This document shows positions 21,201 to 34,304 of a stretch of 64,000 nt of DNA, one piece after another. How positions within the stretch are numbered: position 1 is the first letter of the stretch; every line of letters starts with the position of its first letter. The position numbers were made by a program, and so were the translations under genes. Source of the stretch: Pecten maximus (lineage: Eukaryota); assembly GCF_902652985.1 (NCBI RefSeq), contig NC_047023.1, positions 23,808,001 through 23,872,000 on the forward strand, given 5' to 3'. A model generated the notes under the pieces. That model had not been told where the DNA came from and made no database searches. It saw only the letters and a list, made by a program, of their open reading frames with translations.

Positions 21201-24200
21201 CCGTTTTTGTCAGGATACCATGCTTGCATTTCCAGGCAATCTCTTTGTCCCAATGTATACCAAGATCCCGAATTGGGGTTAAAGTTAAATAATATATTAA
21301 TCCCAACCATTTCATCCGGGCCTGGTATTAATGGACCTAGATTGTGTATTCCGCAATAAAGATCAGAGTCGTTGCCATTTGAACAAAGTGCACAGTGGGG
21401 ATTTCTTTTCAATGACGTTGAGTCATATACTGGCGCAAGGTAAGCTTCGCACACGGTCGAAAGGGATGCACCGATTGTCTGCTCATGTCCTACACACTCT
21501 AGAGGGGAGTCTCTGTCTTTTACTTGACACTTCATTCAAGGTCACAAGGTGAAATAGGCTTAAATCTTTAAACAATGATTATGCGATAGCCAAGTGTCAC
21601 CAAAACTTGATATTAGGCCAATGGTATGCTGGAATAGTATAGTATCTGTAGAAATGACCTCGATCAACTTCAAATTTGCTGTAGAGCCAGGTGAGCGATA
21701 CAGGCCCATTGGGCCTCTTGTTCATTGTAGTTGGTTGTTGAATAAGACAAACGGACACTGACAATGACTTAGATAGTTATGATTTAATTCAAATCAAGAT
21801 CCACCATGAGTGGGAACCCAACAGGTCGATTGCCTTGTTCCCCAGACCTGGTAAAGTCGACTTGTGTTTCACAAGAAATCCAAAATGCCAACCTGTTGGC
21901 CATCTTGGACTTTGCCAATTGAAGATATGTTGTACCGAAAGGATCCCATGCAAAGCGTAACTCCTGGAAGTTTCTAGAATATTCTAGAAAGGCTGAATGT
22001 AATTCCAAAGCAAGGAAGTACATCTTCTGTGATGGTTGGCATTTTGGTGACCTTGACATTACTCTTGTGATGTCAAACAATTCCTTGTCAAACCTTTTTC
22101 TCATATACATTTTTATAAAGGGAATTAATGATATATAAGAAAATGCCAGAATACTTATATGTCCATGTGCCCTTGTGAGGTGTATGTTCTCGTTTATCCC
22201 TAGTTGTGCCCATTCTATTTTGAACCTGACCGAAAAAACAAAATGGCCGGCAAGCAGACGTCTAGGATTCTGTGAAGTGAAGTTTGATACCGCTATTCTT
22301 GAGAAACACTGGGTCAAGGGAGGAAATTTTTTAAACTTGATATGTCCCCTTTGATCTTGTATTGTGTTGTCACTGATCTGAAAACAAAATGGCTGTTAAG
22401 CAACCACTTTGGATGTTAGCTAAAGTTCGTTACCCATATTCATCAAAAGGTTCTTGAGGTTTTATACAACGCATAATCAATTATTTCACTTATACCATTA
22501 GCCGAGACTCCATTCCCTAAATCGCTCATTTGATCCTCAAATAATGTGAAACTTCTATCAAATACAAGTTTGAAAACATAATGTTATTGGTTAGGTTTAA
22601 TAGCATATAAGAGCACACCATAACTTGAAAGACAGTAACCCTGAGAAAAGGCTTCATATAAGTTGCATATTCATGATAAATCAAATGTTTTAATCAGTAA
22701 CCCTGATATTTACAGTGGACTGATGAACCCCAACCACGTTTTTTTTTTTTTTTTTTTTACATCTGGGGGAGATAAAAGACCACTTAATGGTGGACGCCAA
22801 GATCCCTTCTTGATCTCTTGGCTCACATAGACGTTTTTGTGGTATTTTTGGGAAAATATATGAATTTAAGTCAATTTGAGAGTGCTTAAATCACTGTACT
22901 GACAACATGAATCTGTCTAGACACACATATCACGTAATTCCAGTCAATATATACACTGTAAGAGAAAGTTATTGGCTGAGCCGTTTTAGAGGTTTCTAAA
23001 AACGTTGATCTGTAGTCATTGATGGACCAGACCGAGTTATGTCTGTCAATCCACTCGATGGTAGTGATATTGTTGACGAAGTGGTCATTCTCTGTTTTCG
23101 AAACATGCGTATAACTCTTGCATTCAAGATAAAACCCAGAAAAAGGAAGAAGCCCTGAAGTCCATTGAGGCAAATGTTCATGTAAAGAATGGGTTTGATG
23201 TTGATGACTGCACTAAGGAAGCCAAAGATCCAGGTACCGCCCAACAATATTGATATCTTCGTGTATATTATACAGTAATTTCTTTCTTGCTTTTTGCTTC
23301 TCACGGTTTTTGCACTTAGTTTTGTTCCATGAAGACCATGTAGAGATATACCAAAACAAATCATATTAAAGATCAGACACAAGGCAATTGGTATACCAAA
23401 TACAAATAACGATACCATCGGGTTTTCGATCCAGCAATAGCCGCCACTACCAGTTCCGTAACCAACGGTGTCGCGAGTACTGCTGATGCTGTCGACAACG
23501 ACACAGCTGACAACCAGTATCAATGGTAAGCCATGTGCCACAATAAATGTCTTTCTGAAATGAAATGTAGAAGTTTTATAAGTCATCATAGTTTTTGCGC
23601 CAAATTTACTGGCCAAGTCAAATGCCATTACACTGGTCCACATGAAAGAACACAGCCAGAAGTAATGCTGGGATATCGCTATAATCACACATAATGTTCC
23701 TGCAATGTACGAGGCAAGTAGAAACAGGATCTGTGCTGTAAGAAGGGAAGTTGAAAATGCCATTAAATTTTTTCCGTGCAATGTCCGTAGGGATGAAAAC
23801 ACGCAGTGCATCAAAATCAGAGCCAACAAGCATATGATTGAAACTGTTATCATCACAACTGTTAGAATTTGCATTGCTCCATCGACTTTCAATGGGATTA
23901 ATACGTTAGTAAGGTTGTCACAGACATACAGAACGTCACTGTTTAAATCAAAATTGGTGACAATCTCTTCGATGTTGTTGATGTACGCCTTGTTATCATT
24001 GATTTCGTACTCGTTTGCTGTGTAAGACAATAGTGTACAGTCGATGGATACTCCTTCCTTACACAATCCCAGAAACGTTATGATTGGCTGTTTACTGGTC
24101 CTGTCAATCCTAAGGTGAAACCGGGTGCTATATAGGCTAATAGTGATGTTTGAGTTTTGAGGTCTGATATACAAGTTATTGTCCTCAATGAAAGCCACCT

Positions 24201-24994
24201 CTGGTGCAGTATACTGCGTGATGTGCGTGTTGTTGCATGTCAATGTCTTATTTTCGGTATTGGTTAATTCGGCTGACACATGATCGAATTGTCGTACTGT
24301 GCCTAGCGTTTCAGTCACTACAGCCTCAAGGTCATCTTGAGTACTAGTGTTGACGATCATATGGTATATAACCATATCATCAGTGAGAGATTTATCACTG
24401 AAGGTTGGACTTGTCAGTTGAAAATCTGTAATTATTATAACGCCTGATCTGAGCAAACCCAGACTGAGTAGTCGTAAAATATTTTGAATGGAAGATGTCG
24501 ACATAACCCCATCATCAATAGCGATGTTGATAGAAACATTGTATCCTCTCATTCCATTGTGATCAAAGGGAATGTTATTGGTAGCATTGTAAAGTGCGAA
24601 TTTGTCATCAATGCAATGTCCGTAACTTGGCACGTGGTTTTTAGGACAGAGAAGTGAGTGACATCCGGTTTTGTCAGGATACCATGCTTGCATTTCCGGG
24701 CAGTCTCTTTGTCCCAATGCATACCAAGATCCCGAATTGGGGTTAAAGTTAAATAATATATTAATCCCAACCATTTCATCCGGGCCTGGTATTAATGGAC
24801 CTAGATTGTGTATTCCACAATGAAGATCAGAGTCGTTGCCATTTGAACAAAGTGCACAGTGGGGATTTCTTTTCAATGACGTTGAGTCATATACTGGCGC
24901 AAGGTAAGCTTCGCACACGGTCGAAAGGGATGCACCGATTGTCTGCTCATGTCCTACACACTCTAGAGGGGAGTCTCTGTCTTTTACTTGACAC
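18074..24994. repeat. Direct tandem segmental duplication, unit ~3.46 kb (18074-21530 and 21531-24994)
   Basis: Near-identical sequence at an offset of 3457-3464, including the HINE 3' end, intergenic DNA and the GPCR 3' two-thirds. Confidence 0.95.
19532..21530 (-). pseudogene. 5'-truncated duplicate of the GPCR with a nonsense codon
   Basis: Copy of 22996-24994 lacking signal peptide and somatomedin-B region. GAG>TAG at 20501-20503 (NNIE* versus NNIEEIVT). The 7TM part 19532-20428 remains open. Confidence 0.85.
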
Positions 24995-27900
24995 TGACGA
25001 AGCTCACCTACATTAGGCGGTGGAGTCATAAAGAAACTACATTCTTTCTTAAATACTGTATTGAATTCTTCCGAATTTTGTGAAGGCAGATTTTTCGGGC
25101 AGAGTGCTGACGCTGTCCACTGAAACTAATTCTGCTTCCCCGTATCCGTAACACAGTGCGCACATCCTATTCTTAAAGACAACCTGGACAGGTCCGTTGG
25201 AGACGAGAGACACTGGTATATGTTCTAATGGAGACAGCGAGCCTGATTTACATTTATGTCTTGTGACGTCATCAGCAGATTCCTTGGGGCACGTTGTTAT
25301 CACTCTTAATGCTACAATATGCGATCCGTTTTGAATATTTATACATGTGCTGTCCCGCATAAAAAGAGCCAAAATAGTAGCGTAGTTGGAGTCCTTAGTA
25401 TTTTCCATATACCATTCTAACGGATTTTCTATGACCGTTAATATGCCTGCATTACTTCTGGACACATATAGCGTGTACCAGTCTGGGCAGCAGTCTCCAA
25501 ATAAAACACACTCCTTATCACAGTGGCAAATAGCGTTGTCCCTGTGTTTGATGGAACACAATTGGTCCAAATAACATGGAAGATTTAGATTGAGAAAGAC
25601 AAACGTAGATGTTCTGGTAGGTTTCTGCATTTCGCTGTTGTTAAAGGACGGAATTTCTTGGTCACTTTCATTAGATTCATGGTCTAACACGGAACTCGGA
25701 ATGTCCTGCACCTCTTCATTTAAGCTATCTTTTGTTGCACAATTCCAGTCAGCTAGAATAAAAAATGTATAATTAATTAGATTCTAACATAAAAAGAATC
25801 ATAATTATACCAAACTAAACTGTCATTCAGTCTTAAAAGATCGATCCTATAGCACAAATTATGGTTATTTTAGTCTGATTAAATTCTTGATCGACCTTGA
25901 TCCATTGACAAATGATAACTTAGCCTGGCCAACTTATTAGGGCTTTTCACCCAAGTGGTGAAAAGACCTATTGTTTCTGTTATGTTTCTTATTATTTTTC
26001 TTCTTCTGCACTTGATTTTGTGACAGCCATTCAGCAAATATGGTATAAGTTATGTTTAAAATGATGTAGGTATGTTTAATAAGAAGGTCTGAAGATGTTC
26101 ATGTAACAAAATTAAGTAGGTCAGAAAATTCAAAATGGCCGCCATGACGTCATACCTAAAATGTTTAAAACGACTATAACTCAAAAAGTATTCATTATAC
26201 AGAGGTTATGTCCTATATTATTTGTAGATAATAACTGGGGCTAACTTTTATTACAAGTTTAAGGTCAGAGGTCAAATAAAAAAGCTCGCTAAGGGGTCAA
26301 GTTAGTCTATTTTTAGAAAATCTTCAATTTTCAATATTTTTCCAAAACAAATTCTTAGTATGATGCAGAATGTCATTCTGATGAATTTAAAGTTTTCAGT
26401 TTTTCTGTGACACATACGGTTTCTGTTGTACGCCATTTATAATTTCCCTCTATATATTTCAATATAGAAAAGTGTGTTACATTTTAAACTTCTTCTCAAG
26501 TTCCACCAGTGGGATTCAGCTCAATCTTAGCTGAAATAATCCTTGGATAGTCCTGGCCAAGTGGTGTTATTTTTTAAGTTGGTTTGAAATCAAAGTTGGC
26601 CGCCATGACGTCATGTATTAAAAAGCTTAAAATGCCCATATAAAAAAAGTATTCATTTTACAGGGGTCAGGTAATTATATTATTTGTAGTTAAAGCCTGG
26701 CTCTAGCTTTTATTCACAAAAAGTTTTAGGGTCAGAGGTCAAATAAAAGCGTTCGCTATGGGGTCAAATAAGTCTATTTTTAGAAAATCTTCATTTTTCA
26801 ATCTTTTTCCAAAAAAAAATTCTTAGTATGATGTAGAATGTCATTCTGATGAATTTGACGTTTTTAGTTTTTCTGTGACACATACAGTTTCCGGTATACG
26901 CCATTTTGAATTTCCACTATATATTCTATATTAAAAATAGTTTTACATTTTAAACTTCTTCTCAAGTTCCACAAGTGGCATTCATCTCAATCTTAGCTAA
27001 AATAATCCTTGGATTGTCGTGGCCAAGTGGTGTTATTTTTTAAGTTGATTTGAAATCCAAGATGGCCGCCATGACGTCATGTATTAAAAAGCTTAAAATG
27101 CCCATAATTAAAAAAGTATTCATTTTACAGGGGTCAGGTAATATGTTATTTGTAGTTACAGCCTGGCTCTAGCTTTTATTCACAAAAAGTTTTAGGGTCA
27201 GATGTCAAATAAAAGCGTTAGCTACGGGGTTAAATAAGTCTATTTTTAAAAAATCTTCATTTTTCAATGTTTTTCAAAAAAAAAATTCTTAGTATGATGT
27301 AGAATGTCATTCTGATGAATTTGACGTTTTTAGTTTTTCTGTGACACATACAGTTTCCGGTATACGCCATTTTGAATTTCCACTATGTATTCTATATTAA
27401 AAATAGTTTTACATTTTAAACTTCTTCTCAAGTTCCACAAGTGGCATTCATCTCAATCTTAGCTAAAATAATCCTTGGATTGTCCTGGCCAAGTTATGTT
27501 ATTTTTTAAGTTGATTTGAAATCCAAGATGGCCGCCATGACGTCATGTATTAAAAAGCTTAAAATGCCCATAATTAAAAAAGTATTCATTTTACAGGGGT
27601 CAGGTAGTTATGTTATTTGTAGTTAAAGGCTGGCTCTAGCTTTTACTCACTAAAAGTTTTAGGGTCAGAGGTCAAATAAAAGCGTTCGCTATGGTCTATT
27701 TTTAGAAAATCTTCATTTTTTAATCTTTTTCCAAAAAAAGAAATTGAAGTATGATTCAAAATGTTATTCTGATGATTTTCATGTTTTTTGGTGTTTCGGT
27801 AACGTTTACCATTAACGCGGAACGCCATTTTCAATTAATTTGGCATCTGATATATAACGGCATCTGAGATATAACGTTAGTTGGACGAGGGGAGATAACT

Positions 27901-30116
27901 CGTACAAGGCTGTACGAGTTATTTCCCTTCGTCCACTCCTTTGTTGAAATGTAATATCTCAGATGCCAGATTAATCAAAACTAGAATGTGGATGACCTAT
28001 CAAGTGTTCTAAAATAGTTTTTTATGTTTGGAAATACCAAGCCTTTAGGTCATTAATGCTAAATAGTGAAAAGCCCGTCAAATTGTTCCGAAACAATTTC
28101 TAGTTGAAATAATTACCATTAATAGGCCTCACGTTTATTATAGTACAAAATGAGACACAATTCAAACCATTTTTATATATATAATAAATATATTATAAAA
28201 TGCTAGATTTTGAAGAAGAGGCTAATCATTGGAATGGTGGATGCCTAAATTCATTTCGAATATTCTGCATTTAAAAACCAAGCTGATTAAACACATAAAA
28301 TGATGTGTCCTCTGTTATTACATATTCCGGTCGCACATGTATCTGAATAAATGCAGACAGTTATAATTAGTTTATACCTTGGCTGGGAAAAGCGGATATC
28401 CCGTCAAACCCGCAACTATTTCAACACTAACCGCGCGGAACGAAACAATAAAGACCTGTAAAAACGTATCTCTGAGTACGTGAAGATTATCTGCACCTCT
28501 GAGCAATCATTCGAATTTATATGCTAAACAGAGAAAGGAATGTTAGACCCTAAAACACCCAAATTACCCTACAGTCCACTCACACTAAACTTCATATTGC
28601 ACGTGCACACTTGCAGATCGATGCAGGCAAATCAAGGAGTTTCTAATTGTACACATACTCGCACCTACCACTAATTCCTACAAAACTATATAACAGCCAA
28701 GACAGATTTCTACGTCACGGAAGCACATGTTCACGGAAATGTTGTTTATCATTTCATACATTTATTTTTTGGACCACGAATAGTTTAATTTGTGTAAATT
28801 ATGATACATGTTTACCTAGCACTTCTGCTGTTTTGGAACATTGCATGATTTTCTGGATTTTCCGTGATATAAAAATTGCGCGGAATACGAGAACGTTTAT
28901 AATTACATATACACTGATTAGACTGGTCCCTAATATACCAATGGAGATCCATACCCATTACCAATAAAGGCATAACCTAAATGTCAACACTTACTTAGAA
29001 ACACGGTTAAACACAACGAAAGAAAGATACATGTATATATACACAAGAAATATACAGGAATTTGTATAAAACTAAAACGCGTTAGCATGGCGCTCTATGT
29101 TCAATTATAAGCGGATTTATAAGCCGAAAAGATGAATATGAAACTATATTCAAGTAGGGGACGGTCATACAAATGAAAGAAAATTTTCAAAAATTGTGTA
29201 CACAGAGTTATTATCAAAGAATTTACAAAACATGACGAAATCTTATGGACACGGTTTTCCGGTTTACAGAGGTCGAATAATCATACATTTTATTATTCAA
29301 ATAAAGTAGAATATTGGCCTGGTCAGGAGAAATATCTTGGTCCTATACGGGGTCTACGAAATATCAAAACTATTTGACTTTTAAAGATATACTTCGGCAG
29401 TTTGAGATCTCCAAGGAAACAAATGGAATAAGTTTATATAAACATATCCAAATGACAAAAAATAGGGTCACTCTAAAATGACTTTTTTTTTTTAAATTCA
29501 TATGATCAATATTTCAGTTTCTACAATGACTTAATTTGTCTTTCCCTTTGCCCATGCGTTTGCCAGAATATAACATTGCCTGTGCGTATCGATATGTTCC
29601 AAATTTCGTACCATATAACCATTATTAATCCGACTTATAAGTTAACAGACTGGGATATTTTTCTTAATAAGACGATTATTTTTTATATTACGTTTTAGGA
29701 AAATGATCATTCAATAATCCAGGACAGACTACTTTTTTTTTTATTATAAAATGCACAAGTACGGATAAGTACTTAGTTGTATATACTTTTTTTGTCGATC
29801 CCCAGGGGTAATGTCTTGAGCTGGTCATGAGATAAATTCAACATGTATTGAGTTTGTCTTGAGATGAAATCAACGTGAATTGAGCTGGTGATAAATTCAA
29901 ACCGAAAGAGCTGGCCCTGACATAAATTCAACATGAACTGAGCTGGTCTTGAAATGAATTAAACAGGAATTGAGCTGGTCTTGAGATAATTTCAACATCA
30001 ACTCAATTCATCATCCCATAAAATCGACCAAAGCAGGATTCAACAGTTAAATGAAACTTACCTTTCCAAGTAAAACACAGCAGTATAATCATAATCCTGG
30101 TGTGGGGAGTAGACAT
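22996..30116 (-). CDS. Family-2 (adhesion/Methuselah-like) GPCR with N-terminal somatomedin-B domain. Exons 30116-30062 and 25752-22996; one +1 frameshift at ~25123-25125 (~936 aa if corrected)
   Basis: Signal-peptide exon MSTPHTRIMIILLCFTWK with a phase-1 gtaagt donor matches the phase-1 acceptor at 25752. SO-like CHCDKECVLFGDCCPD, Cys-rich repeats (NRMCALC, NPHCALC) and 7tm_2 motifs (HYFWLCSFMW, YCWI, LGGTWIFG, LNGLQGFFLF). Removing one base restores ELVQWTASALCP. Confidence 0.85.
25934..28105 (+). mobile_element. Helentron/HINE-type element carrying ~3.5 copies of a 461-466-bp satellite unit, in the GPCR intron
   Basis: Subterminal IRs gggcttttcac and gtgaaaagccc, a 5' hairpin, 3' hairpin aaattgtt-ccga-aacaattt followed by ctagtt. 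The ggccgccatgacgtcat anchor recurs at 26137, 26598, 27064 and 27530. Confidence 0.88.
27862..27968. repeat. Fold-back hairpin nested in the HINE (Crypton-like non-autonomous fragment)
   Basis: ggacgaggggagataactcgtaca-aggc-tgtacgagttatttcccttcgtcc with outer arms ggcatctgagatat and atatctcagatgcc. Confidence 0.6.
29815..30000. repeat. Minisatellite, ~31-bp unit (ttgagctggtcttgagataaattcaacatgaa-like), about 6 degenerate copies
   Basis: Repeated gagctggtc...aaattcaac units just inside GPCR intron 1. Confidence 0.7.
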
Positions 30117-30828
30117 CCTGCCGGTGATATGGACTCCTTTGACTGTGTAACTAAACATATATGGCTTTACCTTAGGATATTACGTCCCTGTATCGCTATC
30201 ACGTGTTCTTTGATTGGCAAATGGAACCAAAGTAATTAGGGAAAATAACGATTTCATTACACACTTATAATTATTCTATTAAACCTTTTATCTGTTTTTC
30301 CTCTCACGGGAATGGTACGTTGTTAATGGTTTTTGATATTATAGAACCAGTTCAATTAACAGAAATGGGTTGCTGATGTTTATTGAAATCGCACTAAATG
30401 TAAATATCATTCGTCCTTATGTAAATTTAAGGAATAACGAGATAATTGTTTTTCCTATTATGAATAAACTAATACACATAACTGGCATGAACAAGCCTTT
30501 TTAGCCAATGCTTCACGGGATAACTGTTATTGTATCTATTAAGGTGCAATATTGACTTATCATATACAACGTCAATCATCAAAGGTATTCATTATACCTC
30601 CGCAACGTCTCTTTGTGTGCAGGATTTTGTTTGGACAACTCATCCTATATATTTTATCAACACATGAAAGATATGCCCCTTTATATGATTGTAGATAGAA
30701 TCCTGCCCAGACAACTCTTCCTACAGTTTTTTTTATCCATTTTTGTCTCGAAACGGCACGCATTGATGTTGTGCACCTTTCTGCATTGATTTTTTTATCA
30801 TCGGTAACAAGCATAAGGGCAGCATAGT

Positions 30829-31032
30829 AATCAGAGAGAATTGAGTAGCCGGGTTATTAGTCAGCCATCATGGTTATAATTTTAGTTGTGTTTGTGATGA
30901 AGTCAGATTCAGAGTTGATTGAGTAGCCGGGGTATTAGTTAGCAATCCTGCTGACAGTTCTAGTCGTGTTTGGGATGAAGTCAGAATCAGAGTAGATGTA
31001 GTAGCGGTGGCCCTATTCAGCCATCCTGGTTT
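30829..31032. repeat. Tandem repeat, ~78-bp unit, about 2.6 copies
   Basis: gagtagccggg at 30843 and 30921, with a degenerate third copy near 31000. Confidence 0.65.
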
Positions 31033-33626
31033 TGTTAAAATATGCGGGTCGTATACATCCTTTCATTCAAAGAAATTGTATTGATTTTACTCAATTCCAC
31101 GTAAATATTGCTTGTAGATTATAAATTTCTTTATGCTAAAACTAAAGAAATTAACATTTATGTTTTGATTTTCAAGTCGGATAGGAAAAGAAAAGGGCGC
31201 GGCTTTTACTTTCGTACTCCTATTTCCTTCTCTGTCAGGCGCAAATTTCTTTCGGTGGTAATTGATGGTATATCTGCGGCATCCATATCAAGTAACTTGT
31301 CATTATGATTTAAGCATCGAGAGAAGCACAAAATTGCAAACAATGATAAGGGTTGGAAGACCAACATGAAATGTGTCTTCCGCCCTCAGACAAAAAAACA
31401 TCATCGTCCAAATGCTCATCAAAGTCAATGCAGGGGTTGCCGCACTCAGAAAAATAACATCAGCGTCCAAACACAGTCAGTCAAATTTGTGTGCAGAATT
31501 CATACAATGGCTTATACTGCGTAATCATCGAGAGCATGCCATTTTTCGAAAGTTGTCGTCAGAATGGTTATTCATTTAGCGTCAGATGTAATACAATTTG
31601 CAGGCCTGATTTTGCACCAAAGGATGTAAATGATAAAAGTAAATGTCGCTTTCTATAAGATTTCTCAATATTTGTTGCGTCCGTAACCTAATAAACCTTT
31701 TTATCTAGTATAGGTACTATGTAGTTGGATGATTTTTACAACTTAATTTGAGCCTAGTGATGGTTAATTTCTGTTTAAAATAAAAGATATTTTCAACCGT
31801 ACAATACTGGGTACTTTGCTTATCTTTTTTTGGAAGGTATTTATTTATTGTTTCCTTTTCAGATTGTGCCATCTTTTAAATTTCTTATTTGACAGAAATT
31901 GCATAATTAAGCCAGATGTATTCAAATCTTGGACTCTTGCAGGTGTTCTTCTTGCATTGCTCAGAAAAGTATTTTATTTTTGCGTAGCCTGTGAAGCATG
32001 ACGGATACTTAGGTATCACTTTGTTCGTCGTTACGCTTGGTCGTCGTGGTCGTGGTCATAGTCACTCAGTCAGTCGCACCTATTTTACTTCTGCAACGGC
32101 TTTCCAAATCAATTGGTAAATCTGTGCAGATTATGTATCAAGTTTGCACCATGTTTTCCATTTCTGCTGAAGGTATAGCCATTTTTACATAACACATTCT
32201 CATAATTAGCCAATTCCGTATATTTTATCACATGAGTTTGTAACTTGATAGATGACGTTATCATGAGGGGTTATAGTTCAAGTTCAATCCATATATCACA
32301 TTAAATTTATTAGTTATAGATCACCACACAAAATAAGTACAATAGATGTATCCACATATAACCTCAGGTGTTGTGTGAACAATCAACCAACCAACCAACC
32401 AGCAACATATAGCATATGGAGACCATGGCTCCCATGATGACATCCTTTCGGTGAAGAGGGCACAGGCGATAAACCCATTTCTATTGAATTTCTAGTATAT
32501 TGTGTTGTGGATAATGGACACAATTATGTTATGTGCACAAACAGAAATCAAACAATTACAAGTAACCCTTATCGTTATTATGGTGTTCCACCGAGATGTC
32601 ACTATTGACATAGCATCTTCGATCGAGGCGCAAGGGAATTTAAGGCTTGTTGTAAAACTGCTGCTAAGTGCATGTCAATATACACCATACATATTGACTA
32701 CGGTTTTATTTACTGATGGGGATCATCCCAAATGAGACGATCGTAAGATATAGCCTAGAATTATCCATCAACCGATAATGGAGGCAACAATTGCCGGGTA
32801 TACAGCTCTTTAGAACATTTCTATCCGGTTGACATTTTCCGACAGTTGGAATGAGCTAGATTTCATCAGGAATCAGATTACATTAAAATATATACATTGT
32901 ATGCATCTTTATTAATATCGTCCATGATATTTACTTATAAACCTATATATTCGCAACTCCCTCCTGACATCCAATGTTTCGTTTAAACATGGCGATCTAA
33001 AACAACATACAAATGTATAAAGGTTCAGAAAGAGTACTGTAAACTGGAAGATTGTACCAGTATGCTGTCATCAAATAATCTATGTAATTTGAATGCTTTT
33101 GAGCAGACATATCAGTAAGAGGAGAAAATAGGACTGATACAAAAGATATGTTTCATATCAATTTTATGTAATATTATTTACATCCTAAAGCAATGTGATT
33201 TAATATCTATCTATTCTCAAACAAACCGTTCAGTTTAAAGCTGTCAGCTTAAATGGAAGAATTAAACATTTTACCGGTTTGACATGCGACCATTTATAAC
33301 TTGTACATTGACTTTGTTTGGTAAAAACAAATAAATCCATATCGGTATTATAGCTATTTACTGAATTGGTGAGACAAATCTATTTAACCTTTGGCCTATG
33401 GTGACCTATATACTGACCATGAATTTAAGTAGTCCAATAGAATGGATGATTAAGATTAAAATTACAGTATTTCTCATATGAAATACTAACCAGGAAGATA
33501 CTGGCAATAAGGCAGGGACTGGGCGATGTTCTCGACATTTCCGTGGATCACCGTCCAAGGATTAAGTGGGGGTTAAGTAGGGAGACGGTGGTGACTGGTG
33601 TCTGGACGAATGGTCCGTGCTGCACG

Positions 33627-33782
33627 NNNNNNNNNNNNNNNNNNNNNNNNNNNNNNNNNNNNNNNNNNNNNNNNNNNNNNNNNNNNNNNNNNNNNNNNNN
33701 NNNNNNNNNNNNNNNNNNNNNNNNNNNNNNNNNNNNNNNNNNNNNNNNNNNNNNNNNNNNNNNNNNNNNNNNNNNNNNNNNN
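33627..33782. other. Assembly gap (156 N)
   Basis: Run of N. Confidence 1.
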
Positions 33783-34304
33783 TGTATTATTTTAAAGAAA
33801 CCTCCTTTTTTCTGCTCTATACAATTAGTATAAGAACCTCTTCCGTTGTCTTGTAATTTAGATATGTATATAACTACAAAGAATAGTAGGACCTATGTTG
33901 ACACAGAGTGAACAAATCCTTATAAACATAGTATCTAGTGGTAAGTACTGGATGTGTATATCACTCGGCCGATCGTCCCTGTAACACCCGGATGTCATGT
34001 AAGTACTGCACATAATTACACAGAGAGGACTGGTATTTCCAAACTGATGTGAAACCATTAACTTCAATTGAAGCTTCCCACCAAGGATTTGATACATTAT
34101 AAAGAGTAAGTAGAATTATTTGTGGTACTGTAGAATTTATAAGACATTTCGTGCCTAGCTAATGTGACGCGTTTTAATCTGACACCAGCGAATTCTTAAC
34201 AAACGTGTGTTTATATTTGTTTAATTATTGACATTTTAAGAAGGACCTTCGCATGCTTGATACTAGTTGTCCGGAATTCTTTTCTGTTTCAGTTCACCAA
34301 CGTT

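Noticed and set aside
25049-25135. Programmed ribosomal frameshift in the GPCR
   Set aside because: No canonical slippery heptamer or stimulatory structure seen. An indel or consensus error is simpler.
33543-33856. ORFs spanning X runs
   Set aside because: Artefacts of the N gap.
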